From: Naegleria gruberi
Taxonomy: Eukaryota
Strand: one strand, 5' to 3'
Length of the DNA stretch: 64,000 nucleotides
NCBI GenBank assembly: GCA_000004985.1
Contig: GG738880.1
Below, in pieces: positions 20,633 through 32,684 of the stretch (the first letter of the stretch is position 1; the number at the start of each line of letters is the position of its first letter). A model generated the notes under the pieces. That model searched no databases. It was not told the DNA's origin and was given only the letters and a program-made list of their open reading frames with translations. Position numbers and translations under genes: made by a program.

Positions 20633-23600
20633 ATGTCATCACAAGAGTTGTTGGAGATTGACAATCATAGTACGGAACATTCAAATGTTAACACTTCCAT
20701 CACTTCTCATCATCACGAATATCTTCACTATGGAGATTTCATTTCACTCTTCACTGAATCGAGTGGTGGAAGTATTGGATTTCTCAGTGTGGATGGAATT
20801 AATATTAATTGTAATAATATTCAAGGGTTTGTTTCTCTTTCAAAACTTAATAATTTTAATAATTTAATTAAATTGATAATCAATACATTAATCATTGGTT
20901 GCCAACATTAACGTTATTTAAACAAAATTAAAAAATGTTCGGAAAACAATTATTGGATCGCGATTGATATCTTATGTTTATTAATAATAATAATTGAATG
21001 ATGAATTGATAATGATAATAGGAATGTAAAACAAATTCGTTGTGGTCTTTCAGAGGCTGTGTCCTTGACTGGACATGAATCAAATCAACAACAAGCCTCT
21101 CACAATCAACAACAAACAACTACTTCCGACTCAAAGACAAAGCAAATTCCTCCCACCTATATGATCTCTAACTTTCAACAATGTGTTTTTCAAGTTTGTT
21201 ATCCGAAGAGTTATTCTGCCTTGAAAAAGTACAAACAACATTTGGATGAATTGGAAATCAAGGCTAGTGGTAATAGTGCAAAGAAGAGTCAAGACAATTC
21301 TGACAATGATTCGAAGAAGGTTATTCATCATGAGAGCAATGAAGTTGCTCAATTAAAGGAACGAATGGAACGTGAGATTCAACAAAATGAATTGGAAGCT
21401 CTGAGAAATTATGGAAAACCTGTTACATATGGCTCATCAATTCAATTACTTCATGTACAAACTCAAAGCTTTTTGACTGTTGCGAGAGAGTCTGCAGAAA
21501 TGCAGAAGGATTGTCTCAGATTATCATTGGATGATGTTGGATCGAAGTATTCACATTTTTCTCTACTTCCATATTTCAATTATCGTAGAGATGGAGAAAT
21601 TGTGAAACTTTCTGACAAGATTAGAATTTGGAATAGAAAATCTGCACAATATGTACAATTTTCATACTATAGATATAGTAATGCTGTAGAATCAGGCTTG
21701 AAGAATGCTCAAAGTATTGGTTCAAACGTTAATGAGATGGATAAATCATCTTACACACAATTAGCTAAAGAAGCTGTAAAGAATAATGCCAACCTTAAAA
21801 AATTCACATACGACAATAGAAGAGAAGTTAACATGTCAGCATCGAGTGCATTCTCACATTGGAATTTGAGAGTATTTTCACCTTGTAAAGATTCCCCTAC
21901 AGAAAGTAACAAATTCCTCAAAGCAGGTGATATAATAAGAATTTATCACAAAGAATTTGATGGTTTTTTAACTGTCAATGAAAAGACTGGAAGAGTCAAG
22001 CTGAAAAAGTCATTTATCAATCCTCTTATTGGAAGCTCAGCAAATGGAGAGGCATCTTTTTCAAATTCAGGTTTAAGTTCAATGAAGGGATCAGGTATGA
22101 AGTCATTCTCATCCAAATCAAGTCTGGTCTCTGGTCAATACTCTAGTTCGTTCAATCTGGCAGATTCCTTCTCATTGAGCAGTAAGAGTAGCCTGTCACT
22201 GGTTGACTCTTCTGAGAATACTCTTTCTGGTGTTATACAGGATGACTTTGATGTAACTTGTCATACATTGTGGCAAGTAGAAATGTTGGACTCAACCAAA
22301 GGAGGAGAGTTGAGGAAGAATTTCGTTTATAGGTTGAGACATGTCAGTACAGGAAACTATCTCATAGCAAGAATGGCCACTGATGATGAAGAGAAAAAAG
22401 AAAGAGATGCAGAAGATGCTGAAATTTCTGAATTCTCTCACAGTTCTTTCTACATTTCATCTGAATCAAGCTCTAGTTCTATTCAATTGCATAATACAAC
22501 AAGCCCACTTTCTAAAACACCAATCAAAACCAAGAAGGAGAATAATCTTAGCTTGTTCGTAGAACCACAAGATAATTGTACAAACCCTCTCAATATGTTG
22601 TTTAACTTGCAAGATTCCATGCTTTCTACAGATCACTCTGAGTTTTTCTTGAATGGGCAATTCAGACTCAGACATTATCTAACTAATACTTGGTTGCATT
22701 CAGTTAATTCGCAGAAAGCTTTTTCTAAATCATCTGAAAGAGCCTCTCTCAAATCTCATTACTCACCAGTATGTACCACTCAAGGCATGAGAGAGGAGGA
22801 TGTATTGACTTGTGTGTTGGTTTCCAGACCAGAAAGTGAAGACTTGTTCACAGTGCAAAGTTACATCCCAATTCTCAAATACTTTACTCAAAAACTTAAT
22901 GATGGATCTGTAAATAGGAGTGACATCAAGTTGTACATTGACGTAATTTCTAGTTGTATAAGATTTTGTACTAGCAGTTCTGAAATGGATCCCCTCCTGA
23001 GAAGTGGTATTCCAATCAAAAAAAACCAAAAATTAATGAGAGAAAAGGGTGTCATTACTATTGTTATGGATATTTTGATGGCACTTATTTCTAAGAATTA
23101 TGTAAAATTGGAAGAGTTATCAACAATTCAAGAAAGGAGTGACAAGATTGACTTTTTTGATGTAATTCAGTATTCATACAGATTCATTAGACAAGTTGTA
23201 CTTACAAACGAATCAAATGGTTTATTTATGGCACAGTACATTAACTTTATTCAGACCAACATTGAACATAGTATTAGTGCATCTGAGGCTCTTTTGCAAA
23301 TTTTATCCAACAATTTTTCCTTGTTGAATAAGATTACAGAGGACCAAATTGACTTTTTCATCAAATTATTATTCACAAACCCTACTAGTTCTAGTTCATT
23401 GAAGCAACATACAGAAAGATATGGAGGTTCTCTTAAGAAAGCTGTCTACTTATCCTTCTTGACCAGTCTAATCATATGTGAAGGAAAAACTGTCGTGAAA
23501 AACCAAAAGTATATTAGTAACCTGCTCTTCTCAACATTCAAGGAGCAAATGTTGAAGGTATTTGTAATACCAAGAATTAGAAAATCAGATGATAAGGTGA

Positions 23601-26600
23601 TTATCGATGTGAATCGTGTAGAGTATGAATTGGTCAATTTTTCAAAGTCTGCCACCAATATCGATCATATTACTTATTCAAAAAATAATTTTGAACTAAT
23701 GGTCTTCTTCCAAGAGCAAATCAAACTCTTTGCTGCCATGTGTACCGGAAGTAATGAAGCTACCGAAATGACAAGAGCAGCCATTATTCAGCTATTTACT
23801 TTTGAAATTGTGTACAAGTGTGTTGCAGAGTCGGCACTTACTCCAGCCTTGAGAACTTCTTTTGTCCATCTGCTTATGCACTGTTTCGTAGACACTGAAA
23901 AGAACGAAAAGAGAACATTTATTGAATTGACTCGTAAACTTGAATCCCTATCTGGAAAGAGTGTTCACGAATATACATCCCGTGAGCTTGGTGAGGTCAA
24001 GCAATTTCTAGAAGTTTTCTTCAGAGAGAATACCTCATTAGATATTGGATACGAGAAGAGAGATGTCAATAATTTTATTCTTTCCCTTGCTCAGTTGTGT
24101 GCAGGAATGATTGAATTTGGTATTTTCAATTTGAAAGACTTTGAAGAGACAGATCTCCTTGTTTCATTATTTAACATTCTCAGATCAGACAACGACACCA
24201 AAAATGGCTTACCATTACGTGATGAAGAAAGGTTCAAGCAATCAGAAGAAAACGTAACTGTAACTCAAATCAAGATTGAAATTGCCAAGATATTTCACAT
24301 GTTGCTAGACTTGCTGTTAGATAAGAGAATTACGAAATTCCTTCAATTCTTTTGGATGAAATACAAAATTGATGATATCAAGATTGTAATAGAGGAAGAA
24401 TCTGACTCATTGCTTGGTGTGACCTCCAATGACAAACAACAAGCACAATTGCTAAATTTACGTAAAAAGGAATTGGATAGAATATTCCAAGAAATGGACA
24501 CAAAGGAAAATCAGGTTTTGAAAGATATTTTCGAGAATACTACCCTTCCTTTCAAGATTATGTCAGAGTTTTCACTTAAAATTATCAACTTGACCTCCTA
24601 TGAGAATCAAGAACTATCCACAATATGTCTTCGTTTATTGATCAGAAGATACAGAGCAGCTGACGAGCTTGCAGAAGCTCTACCAAAAGTTGAATTGATT
24701 GTCTCAAGAGAAATGGCTCGTTCCTATGACCATTTGAGAAAACAGACTGCCGACTTGAGAAGTATTTTTGGTTATGGTAGAAGTAATTTCCTAGGTGCTC
24801 GTCACATCAGTGAATACGAAGTTAAAAAAGCTATGAAAGCCCTTGGAGAAGTTATTAGTGATATCAAAACTAATGGAAAGAGAAGTCAAAGAATTATTCG
24901 TAATCTCAATTTATTTGAACTCGTTTTGTCTGTTTTGAGGAAGGAGTGGATGGTTCCAACTGATATTCAAGAAAATTGCCTGACCATTTTAACAGAGTTT
25001 GTTAGAGGTAATCCAGACAATCAGAAACTTCTCTTCCCTTACATTGAATTTTTCATGAGACTGATCACAGAGAACAAGAAGCTTAGCAAGTATATTGTTC
25101 TATTGATGTGTGAAATTGTTAAGAATAATAGAACATTGTGCAGTATTTTGGAAGAAAAATTAATAGAGCAATACTTTGATTTGATTGCTGAACAGAGAAG
25201 TGCCTTCATGTTGCTTTTCTTAAGAACCATTTTGGCAACTCATAATAATACACCAATCAAAAGAAACCAATCCCTCATTACCAAATATATGGTTGAGAGA
25301 AAGAAAGATGTTTGTGTTCTATTCAAAGACGAAGAAGGTATGAGAGAACGTAACAATAGAATTACCAAGGAAGAACACAAAACAGAACCAGATGGTATTC
25401 TCAATTATCACATTGCACTATTGCACTTGATGGCTACTGCTGCTGATGGCAAGAATAGAGAAAGTGAGTTGCGTTTACAAACATTGTTTTCTTTTGAAGA
25501 GTTGTTGGAACAAGTTGTTTCTCCTTTCACATTGGCCATGATTAGAAATCCTCTCATCAAGATTATCAATGAAGTCTATATCAATGTGGAAAAGGCAACT
25601 GATGACCACCAGGAAAAGAAAACCGCCAATGTACATCATCCTTTGATGTATAAAATGTTTTCAAAGATGATTAGAGAGTTGGAATTTGTGGAGATGCTTC
25701 AAACTCTAGATGTGAATGCAATTGTAGGGTCAGAAGGAGCTACCAACTCACCTTCTCCCTCTGGTACTGGTGCTTCTCTATCTGCTAGCAGTGCTACTAA
25801 ATTATCGAATGCTAGTGTCAGACCTTCAATGAACCTTACCAATCAAGCACTGATTAGACAGAGTAGAGCTATAACCAATAGAAATTCATCCATTGCACCT
25901 AAAATGCAAGTAACTGAAGAGGATTTGGAAAAATTCCATGTTGACAATTACTATATATTCGAAGTTATGATTCCAGTTGTTCAGAATTATTTCCACTTGC
26001 ATTTCCCTCCTCCTAATCTGTTAAAGGAACAACTCGATGTTGCAGAAGATTTATTGCTGAAACTCATTGATTTACACAAATTCACGGCAAATACTGACCA
26101 AAGAGAACAAATTTACAAGTGTATTACTGCCATGTGGAAGAAGAGTATGTCTTCAGAGTCACAATTAGCCATTACCAAGTTCGTAACAAACAAGAACACA
26201 AAGGCAAAGATGACAAGATCCAGATTTGAAGTATCTTCTACAGTAGAAACTGATGAGTACATTCACAAGAGCTATACAAAGTATTTGCAAAAAAGAATTA
26301 TTAACAAGGTGGAAGAATTTTCGCACTTTAATAGGATTGGTGCTCTCTTTGAAAAGTATAACGGATTTGTGAAGGTACTTGTTAGAGCCCTCAGAAAGAT
26401 TAATACACCTCTATTGAATTACAGTCCATCCCTTCTTGAAGTGGGACTTTTGAGTATGGAAATTCTCAAAGATATTGTCAGATCTCAGAATAAGAGAGCT
26501 AAAGAGGTGAAACAAAAGGGAGAGAACGATGTTCCAGAAATTGAAAATTTGAACTATGTGGAAAATAAGCTTCCAGTAATGATCATTGAATTGATGACAT

Positions 26601-29302
26601 CATTTAATCCTGCTATTGTTAGATCTGCCATAGATCTTGGTATCTTGATTTTGAACCGTGGTGATAAGGCAATACAGGATGAGTTTTATAGAATATTGAC
26701 AGAAACTGACTCGTCCTACTTCTTTGAATCATTGAGAGATAGAATCCGTCTTGGTAAGACAGAAATCAAGGAGAGAAAGAATTACCTCAAGAAGAAAAGG
26801 GATAAAGACTATGCCTTGTTCAAACAACGTCAAAGACAAGAAGTTGCCAAGGTTCGTGCTAAGGATGAAAATGATTCCTCCCGACCAATGGAAGAGGAAG
26901 AAGAAAGAGATTTACAAGAGGACTTTGTTGAAATGGGACATATTGAATTACTTTTCGAGTTTTTGAGACTTTTATGTGAAGGACACAATGTTGAAATGCA
27001 AACACTTCTCTTAAATCAACCAGTTAATACTCTGAACGTGAATGTTGTTACAGAAACAATTGAATATATGATTGCTCTAGAGAAAAAGATTGATTTTGAT
27101 AACGTTCAAATTGCTATTCAAGGTTTCAAGACCTTGACAGAATTCATTCAAGGCCCAGCTCTTGTCATCCAACAAGCTATTGGTACTTCTCCGAGATTCT
27201 ACGCCAGACTGGTCAATGAAATCATGTCTAAAACATATGAAGATGGAAACTTGCTAAAACAACAAGAACTTGGATTGAAGAGGGAAGTTTTACTTACTCT
27301 CAATGCTCTTCTAGAAGGAATGAACAATAGTGTATTTGATTTTATGAGACATTCCCTGAACTTTGATGAATTGGAGCATTTCCTTTTGTTCTCTGCCAGA
27401 TTTTTGCATTCTCTAGAAACCAAACATGAGAACTCTGATGCAAAGGACGAATACAATGAAATCAAGCAAAGGTTGAGAAGAGATTTTGATCATCACTTCC
27501 TTCATGAAGCCACACGTGACAAGGCTAATCCAGTTATTGCAGAAGATTACATTGCAGTCTATATGCCAATGATCAAGAATTTATTGAAAGAGACTGGTAA
27601 TTTTGCCTTTTTCTTGCTTAACATTTTCAGAGATGGTGAAAGAGAAAATTTGAGAAATATTTCAAGAAGTGCCTTTATTTCTGTAGAGGAAGAAAACAAA
27701 CTTTTAAGGATTACCAACATGTTGGATAATCATTCTCAATTAGTTTCAGTATTTTCCGAATCGACAGCAAGTATTGAAGTGTTGCGTGATAACAAGATTG
27801 AGAAGATTTACTTTTCCAAACCAACCATATGCAACAATTTGATGGACAAGGCAAGAAGTAATTATGTAAACTCTCTGGATGTCATGGCACCTGAAGAGAA
27901 AGTTCGTACTCTTTACAACCATACCTTCAGTATTTTCCAAGTTGAAATGGAGCATTATGAATTGATGAAGAAAAAGTCCACCATCAAGGATAAATTAGAA
28001 GATCTAGTTGGTATAGCCAACAAACACACAGAAGAAGTGACAGAGTTTGTGCCTACAATGGCTCAACTGAGAAATAAGTACAAGAGGAAAAAGAAACTCT
28101 CCATTGGAACTAGTTCTAAAAACAGGGACCAAACAGCAAGTTGGGAATTTATTGCTCACTGGTGGGACAGAATTCGTTTATTATCTTTTATATTTTGTGT
28201 GGTTCTTAACATTTTCGTTTTAGGATTTTTGAAGAGACTCTACTCAGCAAACACAGTAGATGACATTCCAGTACCTGGAGATTTGGATTTTGATATTACG
28301 TTGGCATCAAAATATCCTACAACAAGAAATTTGGCTGGTGATATTATTATAACTATTCTGGGAGCCATTCAATTGATAACAACAGCATCATTGGCCATTA
28401 TTTACGCAAAAGTTTTTATTACTCTTGAAGTGAAGAAGAGATTCAAACTCAAAAAGAGAGAGAAATGGGAAAATATTCCAAGAAATAGAGAATTCTATTG
28501 GAAATTTATCTTTTACGCACTTCAAGATTTACAAATGTGGTTCTTTGTACTGTACTTTGTTCTCAGTGTATTAGGATTATTGATATCTCCAATAGTTTAC
28601 AGTATTCAATTGTTCGAAATTGTTTTCAGATTTAAGAGTTTGAATGACGTGTTGAGGGCTGTCATTTCCAATGGAAAAAAGCTCTTTTTTGCAGGCATGT
28701 TACTTGGAATAACCATGTTCTTGTTTGGATTGCTATTCTTCTCATGGTTCTCTAATGATTTCACACTTGAATCTAATGGAACAAAAACATGTGAAAGTGT
28801 GTTGGAATGTTTTGTGACAATGTTTGACTATGGTTTCAGAAGTGAGTCATCATGGGAAAATATGTATCCACACAATCCAACTGTTGGAAGGGCCATCCTA
28901 GACTTGGCATTTAACATGATTGTAATCGTGTACCTTTCTAACGTTGTGTTCGGTACAATTCTAGATTCTTTCCAAGAATTGAGAGCAGCAAGAGAGGAAC
29001 GTAAGAATGAAATTAGAGAAAAGTGCTTTATATGCGCTCTGGAAAAGAGTAAATTTGATACAAAAGCCAATGAAGGAATTACCTTTGAAAAGCACATTAA
29101 GGAAGAGCATTACTTGTGGAATTATGTCTACTTTTTAATTTACTTGTACGAGAAACCTGAAACTGAATATACAGGTGTTGAAAGTTATATTTTCGAAAAG
29201 TGTGAGGAGAATGATGATGTAACAAGCTTCTTCCCAATATTTAGGTCTAAAACAATTGAGGAAAGCGAACAAACAAAGGTTTCATTAGGAGGATCGGATT
29301 AA
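20633..29302 (+). CDS. Inositol 1,4,5-trisphosphate receptor / ryanodine-receptor-family Ca2+ release channel, about 2.8k aa; exon 1 is 20633..~20830 and exon 2 is ~21056..29302
   Basis: Seen: exon 1 (the 92-aa ORF in the track) matches the IP3R N-terminus (LHYGDFISLFTESSGGSIGFLSVDGININCN vs human [31 protein letters not shown]). After an AT-rich stretch the large ORF resumes the alignment (PPTYMISNFQQCVFQVCYPKSYSALKKY vs [23 protein letters not shown]). The C-terminus has a 6-TM block and the IP3R gatekeeper region (KCFICALEKSKFD...ITFEKHIKEEHYLWNYVYFLIYLYEKPETEYTGVESY vs human [53 protein letters not shown]). Two intron models are phase-consistent: 20831..21055 and 20898..21053. The exact boundaries are therefore uncertain. 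Confidence 0.8.
20831..21055 (+). other. Intron between IP3R exons 1 and 2, about 225 nt; alternative model 20898..21053
   Basis: An AT-rich, low-complexity stretch interrupts conserved IP3R N-terminal sequence. Both GT...AG models keep the frame. The first model avoids translating the low-complexity VSLSKLNNFNNLIKLIINTLII. Confidence 0.45.
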
Positions 29303-30245
29303 CTCAAAGGCATTGTTTCCTTTTTCCATCTAAACTTAGTAAAATAATCTCACATTGATGCTTGACACATTCCACAAAGTTGGAATTTACTTTTTTTGAC
29401 TCAAAGGAAACCTTTAGCACATTGTATTGAATATTTAAAACAATTACACAAACAAAGCTAGCGGTTATTAATTCTCCCTATTGTGAATGCAAATATTGAG
29501 TGTGAAAAACAGCTGTGCATGCTGACCATTGTCACACTCTCAAATAAAGGAGGCACTCCAAAGTGAGACGGCATCACATAAATATACTTGACCTCTTCAT
29601 AATACTACATGAATTTGTGCCAAGATGTCTTCCATCAGATCTAATGCTGAAGAACGCTCAGTACAAATCCTCCAAATATTTACAACAAATATTGTAAGGG
29701 AATGCCTTGCCTTTGAAAAAAACGAATCCACTTACTGTCTGTGAGGAATCTTCTTTTCAAACACTCACTGCATTTCTAGTGTTGGACAAACAGTAAAAAA
29801 AGTGCACCATTATTGAGTGTTTGCTTCTAGTCAATTGTGACGCTCGCTTGTCCAAAAGAACAAGGTAAAAAACAGATAAACCACTCCAACACTTAATTTC
29901 TTTCCTCTATCTTTATACTAGAAAGAATTGTTATCTAATTCTCAACAATTTATTTTTCCTCCCCTTTTGGAATAGACTTGTCCAAATTGACCGATCACAT
30001 CGCCCAAAGCTCCTTCATTGGTAAATTCACACAAGTATTATTCGAAAAACAAAAGGCAAACAGTTCATCATTAGCAGCGCTCCAACATCATTTCATCCAA
30101 CACAACACATTTCTTCAACTGTTTTGCATCTTATATATATATACCACAACATCCCTATCCGAAATCTTTAATCCATCTAAAAAACTAATCCAACACAAAC
30201 ACATATATTTAACTGTTTTGAAGGGAAATTGGTTAATTTCACAAC

Positions 30246-32162
30246 ATGTTATTTTGCAGTTCGAGATTTTCTGTAGGAAGCAACAGTTCATCTTCATCAA
30301 ATTCTTCATCATCATCGGGGAATTCTAATAACAATCAACAACAACAACATTCTGGTGGAGGAAATTCAAAAAGTGATGAAGAGTTTGATCCTGCACTGAA
30401 TGGTGGACCTATCAGAATGATTAGGAGAAATCAACAGTTGATGATGGCAAATGCTCAAATTTCCCAAAATAGTAATATCAGAAATAATGATTCGAATAGT
30501 AGTAGTAATGGAGGGGATGACAGTTGTGTTGGGAAGATATCATTGAGTAGTGATGCTAGTATTGAAAATATGATGATTAATGGTGGATATTTATTGAGGA
30601 GTTTGACAAGAGACATTTGGTATTTAATTTTCTCATTCATGTCAACACAGTGGTTCTTTTTGAATGGAAGATTAGTTTGTAAGGAATGGTATAAGTTGAT
30701 AAGGAAAAGAGGGGTTTATTCTCCAAAATTGGTTTATTACATTTCGAGAAGAGATGTAAAGAAGGAATTGAAAAGATGTGAACAATTTGTTAATTTGTGT
30801 CGAGAAGGGTATTTCAAACAAGTTGTTCAATTGACTATACATTCAGATTGTTTACTTGAGAATGGAGGTTTATTAAGGTTGTTATTTGGAGTTTCGAATA
30901 ATAATTCGAAAGAACGAATAATGAAAGGTTGCTGCACCAAACACATGAACGATGAAGAAGAAAGCAACAACCAAAACATCAATACTAATGCCCTCACCTC
31001 ACCTAGAACCTTACACAGTCCACGTGAAAACGATTCCACCACTAACGAAACTCTATTCGGCCTAAATCGAATTTGTAAAAATTGTGAAAAAATTCTTTAC
31101 AAACAAATTTCATGGGTCAACCTACTAAAAACCAACATTCCAACCTTTAATTACTTCCCCAAATTAACTTCCCTGAATCTGAGCTATGAGTTTCCAATAA
31201 CCAAGTCAATTATAACGAGTCCTTTCATTTCCTCTCTAACTGAACTTAATCTTGGAAGTGGACATGTTGTCACAGATGATGACATTAAGGAAATTGTAAA
31301 CACTCCTCGATTATCTAAGCTGAAGAGTCTAAGTTTGTATCATAATCAAATAACTGAGCATGGAGCTTTTGAAATTTCGAATAGTTTTAACATGTCTAAT
31401 TTAACAAGTTTAGAATTGGGATTGAATAGAATTGGAATGAATGGTTTCTTACATTTGGTGAATAGTTCAATTTTGAAGAATTTAACTCATCTCGATGTGA
31501 ATAGAAATGAGGTGAATTTCAATTCAATTCAGGAAATTAATGTGAAAGAATCGAATTTGAAAACATTGATATTGTTAAAGAATGAATTGGGTGTGAACGG
31601 ATCCATTTCCTTTTTAAATCATGGCAACTTTCCTCAATTAACTCATCTGAACCTTTCGAATACGAATATTGGTCTAGAGGGAATTCAGAATATTTGCAAA
31701 TGTTCATATTTAATTAATTTAACAATTCTTGAAGCTGGAAATAATGATATAGGAGATGAGGGAATTAAGGCAATCTGTACGAGTCCTTATCTTGTCAATC
31801 TCAAGCAATTAGATCTGATTAATAATAGAATTGGTCCTAAAGGTGCCTATTCGATAGCTACCTGTCTTTCGAATTTAACACATCTTGATCTCAGTAATTT
31901 CGGTAATGAAAATCTCAATCAAATTGGAAATGAAGGAGCATTCTCAATTGCTAACAGTCCAAATATGGTCAACCTTACAAAGTTATGCTTGAGAAGGAAT
32001 AACATTGGTGAGGAAGCTTCCAAAGCTGTGGAAAATAGTGAATTTTTGAAAAATCTTGTCAATCTCGATATGAGATACAATGAAATGGATATGAAACGAA
32101 ATAGAAATGTTCCACCAAGTTACAGAAGGCCATACGATGATTCCACATGTATCATTTCTTAA
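30246..32162 (+). CDS. F-box / leucine-rich-repeat protein (FBXL-like; RNI-type LRRs) with poly-Ser and poly-Gln N-terminal tracts
   Basis: Seen: ATG start, then SSSSSNSSSSSG and NNQQQQH runs. The F-box motif is LTRDIWYLIFSFMSTQWFFLNGRLVCKEWYKLI. At least 10 ribonuclease-inhibitor-type LRRs of about 28 aa follow (L..L.L..N.IG..G...I...). Confidence 0.6.
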   Translation: MLFCSSRFSVGSNSSSSSNSSSSSGNSNNNQQQQHSGGGNSKSDEEFDPALNGGPIRMIRRNQQLMMANAQISQNSNIRNNDSNSSSNGGDDSCVGKISLSSDASIENMMINGGYLLRSLTRDIWYLIFSFMSTQWFFLNGRLVCKEWYKLIRKRGVYSPKLVYYISRRDVKKELKRCEQFVNLCREGYFKQVVQLTIHSDCLLENGGLLRLLFGVSNNNSKERIMKGCCTKHMNDEEESNNQNINTNALTSPRTLHSPRENDSTTNETLFGLNRICKNCEKILYKQISWVNLLKTNIPTFNYFPKLTSLNLSYEFPITKSIITSPFISSLTELNLGSGHVVTDDDIKEIVNTPRLSKLKSLSLYHNQITEHGAFEISNSFNMSNLTSLELGLNRIGMNGFLHLVNSSILKNLTHLDVNRNEVNFNSIQEINVKESNLKTLILLKNELGVNGSISFLNHGNFPQLTHLNLSNTNIGLEGIQNICKCSYLINLTILEAGNNDIGDEGIKAICTSPYLVNLKQLDLINNRIGPKGAYSIATCLSNLTHLDLSNFGNENLNQIGNEGAFSIANSPNMVNLTKLCLRRNNIGEEASKAVENSEFLKNLVNLDMRYNEMDMKRNRNVPPSYRRPYDDSTCIIS

Positions 32163-32684
32163 CAGTTGTTTATCACTTTTTAAAGTAAATTAAATACTTT
32201 AACAATAGACTCTGTGGAAAAATAAAGCCAAGATTAAGAAATTGAATATAGCCGTTCTGTAGTACTCTCGTACCTCTCCAATTTATTCATGTTTTTTCCA
32301 TGTTTGATCATTGTATGTCTTAATGAATACTTTACCCATTCCGAATCTTCATTTCCTTAATCCAGTGATTAGCCCCATTACAGTGCATAAGAAATATAAA
32401 AACCATGGAATTTTCAATGTGATGGAAGTTCAAATTGGTAAACTTTTCGCATTCCAACAGAACAACGTTGGAGCAGGCCAAACAAGATTTGTTTAGATCC
32501 TTCACACACCTCTAGTAGTGGTAGAGTATGGAAGCACACAAACTTGATTGGTGAACATTTAAACATATAAAAAAACCGTTCAACAACAAGAACGCAAAAT
32601 CGGTTGTGTTCATCATTTTTCTAGTGATTCGACTGCAACAACAGCTACAACCTTAATAGCGTATTTTAAAGCTATTTAAAAAGA

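Noticed and set aside
20633-20911. Stand-alone 92-aa ORF upstream of the IP3R ORF
   Set aside because: It is not an independent gene. Its first 65 residues align with the IP3R N-terminus, and the rest is AT-rich intron sequence read through.
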